The notes under the pieces were generated by a model that was not told where the DNA came from, searched no databases, and worked only from the letters and a program-made list of their open reading frames with translations. A stretch of DNA of 64,000 nt from Eledone cirrhosa (lineage: Eukaryota). Position 1 is the stretch's first letter. Each line of letters opens with the position of its first letter. Positions 26,325 to 39,030 of the stretch are shown here, piece after piece. The DNA is taken from assembly GCA_964016885.1 (NCBI GenBank), contig OZ024757.1, positions 33,294,001-33,358,000 of the forward strand, in the 5' to 3' direction. Both the position numbers and the translations under genes were made by a program.

Positions 26325-26633
26325 TAACCCTTTAGCATTTAAACCGGCTGTATCTGGCTAGAATTCTCTCACCGCTTTCTGTTCAAACCAGCTGTGACCA
26401 GCCACTCATACTGATGTCAAGATATTATTCTCAAAATAAATGATATCAAAATCTCAGATTCGATATTATGTGAAATAACGTGTTTACCATGAAAATACAA
26501 TAGTAAATATAGAGTAATGGGAATGCTAAAGGATTAAACTATTGTTGGCTTACACTAACTCTCTCTCTCTCTCAAGCCTTAAACTATCCTTGGTAATTAT
26601 GTGAAATAAAATGTTTACCGTGAAAAGGGTTAA
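26325..26633. mobile_element. Composite TTAA MITE with captured flanking DNA
   Basis: MITE body 26329-26533 plus ~100 bp extra, ending in AAGGG-ttaa; empty site visible in the duplicate at 25965-25980. Confidence 0.7.
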
Positions 26634-26657
26634 AAGTGAGCAATCATTAGAACTTAC

Positions 26658-26733
26658 AAGTTATAGGCAATGACACCCATGGCCCAGACATCACACTGTT
26701 GGCTATAGTTCTTGTTTTCAGCAATTTCTGGGG
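26658..26733 (-). CDS. STK33: STK33-like exon 6 APEIAENKNYSQQCDVWAMGVIAYNL
   Basis: APE motif; YSQQCDxW is characteristic of STK33; cag/gtaagt; 76 nt, phase 1/2. Confidence 0.93.
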
Positions 26734-28032
26734 CTGTAGATGATAGAATGGAAAGGGAAAAATATGTTTTGGCATGAGGAAGTCAAATCGTGAAGTCATG
26801 TCATAAGCTCAGATCTACACCTGTTTCACTTCAGAGGTGAAATTTATGTATTTCCTATGTTGTCTTTTTTTTTTGTGATGGTGTTCAAAAATGATGGAAA
26901 TAATTCATTTTTTAAATTTTATTTTAACTAGATGAGGGCAACATCTTCTCCCTCTTTACACACACACTCTGTCTCTCAGTTTTTCACACTCAGAGTTGCT
27001 GAAGCATGGAACAAACTACCTACATTTGTTGTTAGCAGTCGGGACACTGCATCCTTCAAAATCTCCATGCTTCCCGAAATTCGCCAACACTACACCTAAT
27101 ATTCCGCCTAAATACTCACACACACTGTGTGTATATCATGACTCATACACTGTTCACTTTCCTGACATTTGTACATTATTCTATGTACTATACATGCACT
27201 TTTGATGAGTTGTAGTGCACCTGAGCACTACACAATAATTTCATTATTATTATTAAACAAATGGTGTTCCTTTACTCTCTCTATATAGGTGAGGGTGACG
27301 TCATAACTTTCTGTCTATCTACCTCTTTCTTTCACCTCGAAAACACATGATGTTCCATTTTCTCTGTCTATCTATGTACATATCTCTCCCCCTCTCTATA
27401 TAAAGTGAGCATGACAGACGGACACCGCTCTTATTATAATTGTTTCTAATTTAGGCACAAAGCCAGAAATTTGAAAGGGAGGGGAAAGTCAATTAAATCG
27501 ACCCCAGTGCATTACTGGCACTTTATTTTATCAACCCTGTAAGGATGAAAGGCAAAGTTAAGGGCCGTAACTCAATGCCACAAAGCATGTCCGATGCTTT
27601 ACCAATACTGCCAATCCACCGCCCTTATTATAATATAGATTTACTAGGGATGGGGGTTGCTGTCATGAATTCATGTCAAGTAATGAGGTCACCAAATAAT
27701 CATCATCATGATGTTATGTCCAATCTCTATATTGGCATGGGTTAGACGGTCTACCATTGTCTGAGACAGTACAGCTGAATGCCCTCCCTAATGCCAACCA
27801 CCTTACAGAGTGTACTGGGTACATTTTATCATGGCACCAGCACAAAAATAGGAAGATTCCCCTGCCGCTCTACCCAAACATAGAGACCAGCACAATCTCC
27901 CATTATTTCACCACCACCTTAACCAGTACCAGATTTACATAGAGGCTATGTGGGCTGCAGCCAAAGGCCACAGAAAGAACCAATTAGCATAAAAGGATAG
28001 AATAAATGTAAGAAAAATCACTCATCACTCAC

Positions 28033-28120
28033 CGATGTAATTCAAAGTCCCACAGAATGAATCCAGCATATCTTCTTGGCGTACCCCTTCTTTAACAACA
28101 GAAAGGCCGAAATCAGTCAC
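28033..28120 (-). CDS. STK33: STK33-like exon 5 VTDFGLSVVKEGVRQEDMLDSFCGTLNYI
   Basis: DFG and activation loop CGT; cag/gtgagt; 88 nt, phase 0/1. Confidence 0.93.
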
Positions 28121-28132
28121 CTGGGGAACAAG

Positions 28133-28164
<32 letters not shown>

Positions 28165-28574
28165 CTAATTGGCCCCGTGCCGTCAAAAATGACGGCTAAT
28201 TGTAATATGTGTACATAATATAAAAAAAGAGGTGTTTGTTTGTTTGTTAGTTGGTTCCTTCGCACTCACTCACACAGGAGATACAAACATACAAACTATT
28301 TTCAGTTGATGTTATCATCTTTTCCTTTCTCAGTCGACGTTATCACCCCTTCCTTTCTCAGTCGACGTTATCACCCCTTCCTTTCTCAATCAACGTTATC
28401 ACCCCTTCCTTTCTCAGTCGACATTATCACCCCTTCCTTTCTCAGTCGACGTTATCACCCTTTCTTTTCTCAGTCGACGTTATCACCCTTCTTTTCTCAG
28501 TTTGTCATCACCCCTTCCTTCATCAGTTATCTCTTGTGAAAAACAAAAACACAAGGGTATTATATATTAGTAGA
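28165..28574 (-). mobile_element. Non-autonomous Helitron carrying a 28-bp tandem array
   Basis: a|TC start, gccgtca-ttt-tgacggc hairpin before a TTAG|t end; array at 28305-28520. Confidence 0.6.
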
Positions 28575-28589
28575 TTATTAGCAAAGAGT

Positions 28590-29030
28590 AAACGTTTAAG
28601 CAAATAATTTGTTTTCACCCTAAGTGGGATCATCTGAAACTGAGAAATATCAATCTGTGAATGCATAAGTAAATATTTAAAAAAAATTACAACCAAATAT
28701 TGCCTTTAGAAAATAAAAAGACATAATGGTAGTGCGTGAAGACATTCTCTTGAGATGAGCGAAATGTATGCAAGGAGAATTACGTCATTAGGTGAAGCAG
28801 AAAGAATAAATTCTTGCTATGAAAAAATCAGGAGATTAATATTATTTTAAGAATAGTTGAATAATTTCCAGCTACCATATATGGAAAATTATATTAATAA
28901 TAGTAATAGGGTGAAAGCAGAAATAATTATTTGTTCTACGGGTTTATATATATTTATATAAACACAACCCTTATTGAGTCCTCTCTAGATTTTAGTCTTT
29001 GTATTTATTATTATTACTACTATATATATA
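28590..29030. mobile_element. Older degenerate relative of the 47-48 kb Penelope pLTR
   Basis: 28594-28680 resembles 47165-47260 (minus-strand HHR CAGATGA-tccc..gggt-GAAA); 28925-29020 resembles the tail 48480-48570. Confidence 0.65.
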
Positions 29031-29741
29031 TATAGTGACAAAGGCACTGTGTGGTTACTAATAAATATCATCTAGAAAAGGTAAGAGAAACACAAACATA
29101 AGGACAATTCCTGCTTTTTCGGTTGTCTGGTATGGGTCGCTGATGTTTCAATGCATTAAAGACAGTACATTTTTATATATTTATATATTATTACCATAAC
29201 AGAAGTCTGATGAGCTTGTGATTCCAGAGTGGGCCAGATTGATACAGATCGAACCTTGAGCTGATCAATCGCAAAACGCGCGCCACACCTCAATAAACGT
29301 AATGAAGACCTACCAATTCATCCTTTTTATTATTAGTATTACATTCTGCTTAGTACAACACCAATATGCCTACTGGAAACTACGCATTGAGTGCTCACTC
29401 TGGTGAACCTACAGTAACTGGATGTTACAATCCCTAAATATATATATTGTATTTTCCGGTAAAGGTTTTATCTCACATAATATTAAATCTATGAAATTTT
29501 GATATTATTTATTTTGAGAACAATTCCTTAACATCAGTATGAGCAGCCAGTTATGGCTGGTTTGAACAGAAAGAGGTGAAAGAACTCTGCCAGATATGGT
29601 TGGTTTCAATGCTAAAGGGTTAAATACCCAAGAACACTTTGTATGGCTACCCTAGGACATCATCATCATCATCATCATCATTTTACTAAATACAAACCCA
29701 GGTGTTGACTCTGGGTGTGCAGGTTACCCAATAACACTTAC

Positions 29742-29824
29742 CTTTATAAAGAAACTATTTACATCATCTGTAGGATCATCATTTAAAAGAATATTGGAGA
29801 GTTTCAAATCACGATGAACCACAT
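29742..29824 (-). CDS. STK33: STK33-like exon 4 DVVHRDLKLSNILLNDDPTDDVNSFFIK
   Basis: Catalytic loop HRDLKLxN; cag/gtaagt; 83 nt, phase 1/0. Confidence 0.93.
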
Positions 29825-29913
29825 CTGGAATTCAACAACCAAACAACACATGAAATACAAACTTAGATAAAAACACTTATTTGACTCTTTCATTACTATA
29901 AAATAATGAAATT

Positions 29914-30247
29914 GGTCGTGTAGGTGTCACAACAAAAAGCACCCAGCCCATACTGTAAAGTGGCCGTGTAGGTGTCACGACAAAAAGCACCTAGTTCTCA
30001 CTGTAAAGTTGTTGTGTAGGTGTCACGACAAAAAGCACCCAGTACTCACTGTAAAGTGGTTGTGTAGGTGTCACAAGAAAAAGTACCCAGCCCATACTGT
30101 AAAGTGGTCATGTAGGTGTCACAAGATAAAGCACTCAGTACTCACTGTAAAGTGGTTGTGTAAGTGTCACAAGAAAAAGCACCCAGTACTCACTGTAAAG
30201 TGGTTGTGTAGGCATCACGACAAAAAGCACCCAGTACTCACTGTAAA
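29914..30247 (+). repeat. Seven tandem 48-bp units from the SINE 3' module
   Basis: gtaggtgtcac.acaaaaagcacccagtactcactgtaaagtgg repeated at 48-bp spacing. Confidence 0.9.
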
Positions 30248-31964
30248 TGAGGTTGGCGCTAGGAAGGGCCTCCAGCTGTAGAAACCAGGCCAAAATCAGT
30301 TCTGTATGAACAAGACATGGTCATAATTTTGAAAATGATTACAAATTTGGAGGTATCTCGTAATATAACTAACTTTCTCATTAAGCTCATGTTTGGAGCA
30401 TAACTTTATAAAGATTCCGACATAAAATTATGGTGGAAGATTTTTAGTTAAACATATATCCTTTAATCCTTTTGTTTCAATATTTCTCAGGAAAGACTGC
30501 CTATAATTTCTATATAATTTTTTAAATAATTAAGAATTTGGAGGGATTTAATATTATAACTAACTTTCTCATTATGAAGTTGGTGATTGGAATATAACAA
30601 AGGTTATTACATAAAGGTATGATGGAAGGTTTTTAGATAAATATAAACACTTTTTGTTATCATGTTTATGAATCTATATATAAATTTCTGCAATTCTGTT
30701 ACAACATGTAAAGAGAGAGGAGTAGTTTGACTACCTCATACTACTCCTCTCTCTTTACATCTGCTGCCTACATGAATGTATATGTGTGTAAAAGGAAGGA
30801 AAGACACCTTTTTATCATCATCATCATCGCTGTTTAAACCTTTAGCATTTACATTACTCTATAGTTACTATTGTATTTTCATGGTAAAGGCTTTATCTCA
30901 CATAATATTGAATCTATGAGATTTTGATATTACTTATTTTGAGAACAATACCTTAACATCAATATGAGCATTTGACCAGAAAGAGATGAGAGAATTCTGG
31001 CCAGATACAGCCAGTTTAAATGCTAAGTTATGAGGAACAGGTGACCACATCTTACACATACACTCTGTCTCTGGCTTGGTTTTCTACAGCTGAATGTCCT
31101 TCCTACTGCTTCACTTTCAAAAGAGAGATATAAGAAGCTTCCTGGTATTCGTTCTAGCTCTGTGCTCTGAGGTTCAAATCCTGTTGAGGTCAAATTTGCC
31201 TTCCAACCTTTCAGGATGAATAAATGAAGTACCAGTTCAATACTGAAGGATGGGGTAGGGATGGGGGGCATTCTTTCTCTATATCTCTTTTCCCCTTCCT
31301 CTTATTCCCCTCTCGCCTCTATTTCTATCTAGAAGAAATCAACTGTGTTCAGACATAGAGAGAGAGATGGGCACCACCGGGTTTAAATACCCAAGACATA
31401 TCATATAACACTTTAAAACTCCAAACAACTCAATCAGGAACTTAGGAGCCCCTATGGCATGGAATAATACATAGAATACCATATTTGATGGCTTATAAGA
31501 CAAAAAAAATGTCCCAGAAAATCCCATTACATTTCATAAGGTCAAGGGTCAGTTTGGGTTACTAGCTACTGGAGTTCTAGTGCTGCAGTGGCCCTTAAAT
31601 TAAACCACAAACATCTCCACAGATGTAAACAAGGTGGTAATTGCTTCTACACCAACAATGGCAACTCTTTTCTAAGGTAACAATATATAACAGTACTACT
31701 TACCGGAACATGAATAAAACAAAGCTACAATTTTGATAAATTTTATGGTGAATAAAATATATTTATTTTCACTTTCTTTTGTTTTAAAAATGTACTAAAT
31801 ATTTCAACAAAAACTACAACATAGAGAATAAAGTAAACTTATTTTCACACATCCTTATGTTTTAAAAATGTACTAAAATATTACAACTAGAATTAAGATG
31901 TAAAATGATAATGGAAAAAAAATACAATGTACAAACTTTATATTCTTCATCTAACATTCGTAGT

Positions 31965-32312
31965 TTAAACCTTTAGCATTTACATTACTCTATATTTACT
32001 AGTGTATCTTCATAGTAAAGGCAGTAACGGTAGAGGGTCAGAGGCCATGCTTTGCAGCATAGAGTTACGGCCCTTTCATCCTTATGTGGTTGATAAAATA
32101 AAGTATCAGTAATGCACTCGGATAATTGCTGGCCTTGTGCCCAAAGTAGAAACAATTATCATCCCACATAATATCGAATCTACAAGATTTTGATATTCAT
32201 TTTGAGAACAATTCTTTAACATAAGTATGAGCAGCTGGTTACAGCCGGTTTGAACAGAAAGAGGTGAGAGAATTCTGGCCGGATATGGTTGGTTTAAATG
32301 CAAATGGGTTAA
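31965..32312. mobile_element. TTAA MITE interrupted by a SINE fragment (32022-32158)
   Basis: MITE halves flank SINE sequence. Confidence 0.7.
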
Positions 32313-32513
32313 ATCCTTTTATTATTTTTTTTTAAATGCATGCCCAAATATAAGCCATCAAGTGCGGTATAGAGAAGAAATGGTATAAACCACATATCTG
32401 TTTTGGTTTAGCAGTGGAGGTGGGAAGGAAGGAGGAAGGGAAGGGAGAAAGGATCATGGTTAGAGGACTTGTGTCTTTACAATGGAGGAGTCTGGACTAC
32501 AGGTTCAACTCAC

Positions 32514-32652
32514 CACATTTATGAAGATAGGATATTGCACTCACAAGAGAAGACATGATTTTCTTGACGATTTCCTCCGGAAACTTCACTGCAATCCCCA
32601 GCTTCTTGGCCAGTTCTCCACCACCACAATATTCCATAATCAGGAAGACTTT
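32514..32652 (-). CDS. STK33: STK33-like exon 3 KVFLIMEYCGGGEL...SAISYLHKC
   Basis: Subdomains V-VIa; cag/gtgagt; 139 nt, phase 0/1. Confidence 0.92.
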
Positions 32653-32688
32653 CTGTTGGAGAAGCAGAAGAATATATATATATAATAT

Positions 32689-32739
<51 letters not shown>

Positions 32740-33469
32740 CAAGGGTACAACAAACAGAGGTACAAAAAGTCTTATTAGTTTCACACTTTATATTGGAAAG
32801 AGGAAAATATATATATATATACACATACATATATATATGTATTGTGTTGTTTGTGTGTAGGCATCATCATCATCATCATCATCATCACTGTTTAAGGTCC
32901 CACCTGCCAGTCTAGCATATATATGTGTATATATAACCAAATAAAGAGATATATGTATATATGTAGAGAGAGAAAGAGTCATATATTGCACAATATGCAA
33001 TATATGGCTCTTTCTCTCTCTATATATATACATATATCTCCTTATTTGGTTATTATGGCTCTGGATAATGTCTATTGAGTTTGCTTATTGAGAAACACAA
33101 TATTCTAAACATATTTGATATGTTTTAATTTGTTATTTGTATGAGATACTGCATAATATCGACGCGATGGTCCACGTTTGTCAAATTATCCTGAGTCAGT
33201 TTTCTCGTTGCTTTGGTCCCTGTGGCTGGCTTACCAGTCGCAATCTTCAATTTGCAAAGCTGTCTAAACGTAATGTTATTACTCTAACGTAATATACCTT
33301 ATTGAGTGCTTAGCTGCACATTCCGATTGCATTCATTAGCTTATCTGCAGCCAGAGCTTCCATTATACTGTACTTCCATTTATATATATATATCTGTAAA
33401 ATGATGATGATGATATACGTGTATACATATATATATATACATATATATACACACAAAGAGTTGCCCACA

Positions 33470-33770
33470 GCCTCCCGCCTGCTATGGGCATGTCCTTGCC
33501 AGATCATCCTACCAGGGCCTTACTCTTGTAAGACACAGCAGCTCAGGCTATAAGAGGCCCTGCAACAGGCCCCACACCAGATGGGTGGAAGTCATCAAGG
33601 AAGATCTCTAGAGGCTTGATGTCACCATCATGATGCAAAGGCGTTGGTACGAGACTACCAGCAATAGAGGGCACTAGTGGACCTGGTCAGCTCTACGCAC
33701 AATGATGCCTCTGGGATCACTGACCTAGGATGACCTCAGTCTCATTGAGCAAGAGCAAGAAGAAGAAATA
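33470..33770 (+). mobile_element. RTE-like LINE 3' remnant
   Basis: tatgggcatgtc (YGHV-like), GRP-RW-like segment and gagcaa(gaa)n tail. Confidence 0.4.
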
Positions 33771-34071
33771 TATATATATACACACATATATATCCACAGC
33801 AGTGTCATCTTCTCTTTCACACACTATATCTGATTTTCCCTCAATTCATCCCTGCTTTGCTATTCATGTACACTAACAATACATGACCATACCAGTGCAG
33901 TCTTCTCTCTTGCACACTACATACATACACTTCACATGTCCATACCAGTGCAGTCTTCTCTCCTATACGCTATATCTAATTACTCTTATACCCAGTGTTT
34001 CTTTCAACTCATCCCTGCTTTGCCGTTCATTACACACCCAACATTACCCATCCATTGGTACAAAGACATTA

Positions 34072-34317
<246 letters not shown>

Positions 34318-35064
34318 TTACAGGATGGACTAGTTAGAGGTACACCACTGGATAGAACTGGTCATTCCGTATAGTTAACTATGATGCTATAGTAGGAGAA
34401 GCATTCAACGCAACTCAATCATCTTTGGTGTAAGATTCTGTTCATGGTGTGTGAACAGAGTGAAATATTTTGAATAAAGTGACAAGAGGCTGGAAAGTTG
34501 AAATTCCTTTAAAAGTATTTATTTCTGCAGACACTATATATATTTTAATGGCCAGTAGTATTCCAGGGACATCATCAGGTATGTTGGATAACAATCATAA
34601 AGGAACCATGGTAACACACGCTGGATACACGGAGACAAAAGATAAAAAATAAAAAATAAAAAATAAAAAATAAAAAATAAAAAATAAAAAATAAAAAATA
34701 AAAAATAAAATTGGATATATTTGATCAGGGGCAGCCTACGTCCAGTCATTTAAACTGACTGCCCCTGAATAAATAAATGAATATTTTGTTGGTGTATGGG
34801 AAGACAGCTTGTTAGGTAGTGGGGATGTAGCATCAGCACTATGCAACTTACTACTACGATGTATTCATCTATATATATAAAGGTAGAACAGTGGAAGGTA
34901 ATATCCATAGTAGTAGAACACTCAGTCCATGGGACGAGTTTGGTAGAAGTAGTAACACAACAGTTACTTCACCATACCGAGAACAATTGTTTCACCTTAT
35001 GCAGATCCTCATAAGGTGAAACAATTGCTCTTGGTATGGTGAACTAACTGTTATGTTACTACTT

Positions 35065-35178
<114 letters not shown>

Positions 35179-35184
35179 TCTTAC

Positions 35185-35382
35185 CTTTTGTTTGCTGACA
35201 CATTTCATGGCCCATCTCTCACCTGTCTTTTTGTCAATAACTTTATACACCTTGCCAAAACTGCCTTGTCCAATTTTTTCTCCTATAAAATAGGAACTTT
35301 CTAGTAATGACTCTGAGTCCACTCTTGAATGTGGTACAGTGTCTGGTTTGTCTGTCAGAGGACTAGTAGAAGCTGTAGTCAT
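35185..35382 (-). CDS. STK33: STK33-like Ser/Thr kinase coding exon 1 (MTTAS...VPHSRVD...IGQGSFGKVY...WAMKCVSKQK)
   Basis: Gly-rich loop GQGSFG, catalytic AMK lysine, STK33-typical PH-x-R motif before the kinase domain; acceptor at 35404/35405, AAG|gtaaga donor; frame is open up to the acceptor, so the start could lie upstream. Confidence 0.88.
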
Positions 35383-35437
35383 AGCTAAAGCTCTGTTAAC
35401 ATTTCTGAAATAGATTAAAAATCACAAGAAAACAGAT

Positions 35438-35667
35438 TTAACCCTTTAGCATTTTATATTACTCTATATTTACTATTGTATTTTCAAGGTAAACACTTTA
35501 TCTCACATAATTATTTCACATAATTTCGAATCTATGAGGTTTTGATATTATTTATTTTTAGAACAATGCCTTAATGTCAGTATGAGGGGCTGGTTATGGC
35601 CGGTTTGAACAGAAAGAGGTGGGAGAATTCTGGCTGGATATGGCCGGTTTAAATGCTAAAGGGTTAA
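35438..35667. mobile_element. TTAA MITE copy
   Basis: Both TIRs and TTAA intact. Confidence 0.8.
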
Positions 35668-35930
35668 AAAACAAGCCATCCGTAAACTTACTTGGTACAT
35701 GGGTATTTAGCACCCTAGACTAGTACAACAATGTGTGCCTATTTAGCATCCTAGGTAATCTTTACAATGTGCCTGGGTATTTAGCATCTTGAGTTACTAT
35801 AAACTTAAGTTTCTATAATCCCACAGACTTCAAACAGTAACTTTTCTTCACATCAAACCATTCTAAACATAGTAAAATGAACATTCTTTTTAACCTATCT
35901 AAAAGAATATGTACAATAGTAGTAGACTTC

Positions 35931-36188
35931 ACTAAATATGACCAATGACTGAATGAAGGGAAAAAATATACTTATTCAAAGATCCTTCCTTGGTCTAATC
36001 ACCAATGGAATAGAAAGGGCAAAAGATATTGCTACTCAAGACCTAAGCAAAATATAAATCACTAAATATGACCAATGACTGAATGAAGTGAAAAAATATA
36101 CTTATTCAAAGATCCTTCCTTGGTCTAATCACCAATGGAATAGAAAGGGCAAAAGATATTGCTACTCAAGACCTAAGCAAAATATAAA
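35931..36188. repeat. Near-perfect 130-bp tandem duplication
   Basis: actaaatatgaccaatgactg starts at both 35931 and 36061. Confidence 0.9.
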
Positions 36189-36906
36189 ACAAAACCATGA
36201 AATAAGTTCTACCATGTATGTTCACTTTTAACCCTAGAAACTTCAAAATATTTGATCTCCTCCATGAAAACCTTTCCATTCTATAGGAACATCAAAAACT
36301 GAAATACATTCTAGAAGAACAAATCACCAAAGGTAAAATGACAGCCCAAAACACTAAGAGATATCAGAAGTATGTTTGGAACACAGTGAGTGAAGTTTGG
36401 AATTGAAATAGAAATAGAAGCTTCACTGTAATATTCTGACTATATAATATAGTCTAATAAGAGGGTGTATAACCCCACTGATGGGCTTTTCCCATTCAGT
36501 AGGTTTATATACCCTATTTTAAACTATATTATTTAGTTAAAATATTATGGTGAAGCTTCTATTCTCATTTCAACTAAAAGATATATATGCATATGTATAT
36601 GTGTGTGTATATATATATATATTGCTCGGTTTGTTGTTGTTTTTCGCTGTTTTGTTACTGTTTTCTCTTCTCTTCCCCATTGCTTTCCTTCCCTCCTTCT
36701 TCCATTTTCCCAATAACTTACCTAGTTATTGAACGCCCTGGGCGGTAGATATCTTGTCTTTAAAGCGTAGAAATATCCAAGACCCCAGTAGACAACTGAT
36801 GAGGGAACCCCCCACCCTCACCCTTTCTTGCTTTCTTTGTATTCCCACTGCATTTTAAGTTACCTTAAATAGCAACTACACAGCCATTTCTATTCTCCAT
36901 ATATTT

Positions 36907-36983
<77 letters not shown>

Positions 36984-37082
36984 CATGTATATATATATGT
37001 ATGTATATATATTATATATATATGTATGTAAAAGGTAAACAGAAATAACAACACAATCGGTACTGTGTGTGTGTGTGAGTGT

Positions 37083-37410
37083 GTGGTGCCAAAGGTCCTG
37101 TTTTACACATCTAGAATAAGGAGCAGATATTGCAATAGCCTGGGGTTCGAAGGCCCTCAACTCTTTAATAAGCTGCAAAGAAATTTGAGAGATCTGCAAG
37201 ATGTGGATGTGGATGTTTTCAAGAAACATCTCAATACTCTGCTATCCAGGATCCCAGATGAGCCCACAGCATGGAACAAAGGTGACTTAAGGGCAGCAAC
37301 AATGAACTCCCTCTTACATCAATGGCTAGCCAACCCAGGCTGGATATAGAATGTGTAGCAACAAGGGCAGTGCTCCAGCATGGCCTCAGCCAGATGGCAG
37401 GAACAGGTAA
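37083..37410 (+). mobile_element. CR1/Jockey-group LINE 3' end (second family)
   Basis: NSL-F-GPQLFN-L...FKKHL...L..IPDEP...NSL is a typical LINE ORF2 C-terminus; gagtaaaa tandem tail. Confidence 0.7.
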
Positions 37411-37543
37411 ATGAGTAAAAGAGTAAAAGTGTATATATATATGAGTATAAAGAATGATGTGCTCAAGTGCAGAGATGCTATAAATAGCTTATAAAATAGA
37501 GTGAAGAACCTTTAAAAGATGCTTGAGCATACCATCCTTTATA

Positions 37544-37573
<30 letters not shown>

Positions 37574-37578
<5 letters not shown>

Positions 37579-37791
37579 GGTGTCCCCCAAATATGTATAC
37601 ATACTTTGATTACTTGTACAGGCAATATTTATTAGAATGCACAACCTTTCCCAAAAATAAAATGATCTACAGACATAATTTAGTTGTATGTAAACACCCA
37701 AAAATATTTACATAATCTATATTAAACAATTTATTTTAATGCCTTTTTGGGGCTATTGAAGTATGTATACATTTTTGGGGGACAACCTGTA
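37574..37791. mobile_element. Tc1/mariner-type MITE with TA TSD
   Basis: ta-CAGGGTGTCCCCCAAA...TTTGGGGGACAACCTG-ta; relatives at 3567-3640, 49265-49352, 50768-51003. Confidence 0.7.
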
Positions 37792-37949
37792 TTTTTTCAG
37801 TGCTTAAAAGTCCGAGAATTCCGCTACATACATTGTTTGACTAAAACATATACTTACTTAAGCAAAAATCCATAATCAAATCCCCAACTCCACTGTTACA
37901 AAATGCAGAAAATCAAACTCTTGTACCTGCTTATATCTAACCGAAGGAT

Positions 37950-39030
37950 CAGTGGTGGTGGTGGCAGTGATAATGGTGGTGGTGGTGGTGATGGCAGTGA
38001 TGAGGGCGGTGATGGTGGTGGTGTTGATGGTGGTGGTGATGATGGTGGTGATGGTGGTGGTGGTGACAGTGGTGGTGGTGGTGGTGGTGGTGATGGCAGT
38101 GGTGATGGTGGTGGTGGCAGTGATGGCATTGATGATGGTGCTGGTGGTGGTGATGATGGTGGCGGTGGCAGTGATGATGATGGTGGTGGTGGCAGTGATG
38201 ATGGTGGTGGTGTTGATGGCAGTGATGATGGGGGTGATGGTGGTGACGCCAACGTTTGTGGTGGTGGTTGTGGTGGTGATGGTGCTGATGATGGTGGTTG
38301 AGGGAGTGGTGATGATGGTGGTTGGAATAGTGATGGTGGTGGTGGTGGTGATGATGATGGTGGTGATGTCATTTCATCAAATTATTTCTGACAAAAGAAA
38401 AAGTGGATGATGGAGATATGTGAGGGGTGTGGGTGTGGGGGGTGTACTTAAGAGTTGATGTTCAGACCACCCACCATCATTACCACCACCACCACCACCA
38501 CCACCACCTCCATTATCAGAGATATCACAGCCACTGCCACCACCACCACCACCACCACCACTATGAGGATAATCATCATCATCATCACAGCCACCACGAC
38601 CCCATCATCAGCACAACCACCACAACCATCCCATCATCATCATCATCATCACAGCCACCTCCACCACCACCACAACCACCACCACCAAGATGATCATCAT
38701 CATCACCACCACCACCACAACCTCCACTAAGATGAAGACCATCAGGCCCCCCCCCCTCCTCTGCCCCACGACCACCACCAAGATGACGATGACTACCTCT
38801 CCACCAAGAAGATGATGATCACCATCACCACCACTAAGATGATGATGATAATCGGTCCCCCATCATTACTAGGATAATGAAGATAATCACCGCCGCCATC
38901 ATCACCACCACCACCACCGCCACCACCACCACCACCACCACCATCAACACCACCATCCTCACCAACACCACCACCATCCCCACCATCATCCCCACCACCA
39001 AGATGACGTTGATGTTCAATCACACCATCA
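37950..39030. repeat. (GGT/GAT)n tract followed by a (CAC/CAT)n tract
   Basis: Direct inspection. Confidence 0.9.

Noticed and set aside
28305-28520. 28-bp repeats resembling CRISPR repeats or a repeat protein ORF
   Set aside because: Head-to-tail minisatellite without spacers inside a Helitron; the ORFs cycle through frames
29914-30247. CRISPR-like regular repeat array
   Set aside because: Units are contiguous with no unique spacers, derive from a SINE module, and the context is eukaryotic with no cas genes
36470-36825. CTGATGG/CTGATGA motifs as hammerheads
   Set aside because: No properly placed GAAA and stem III could be identified
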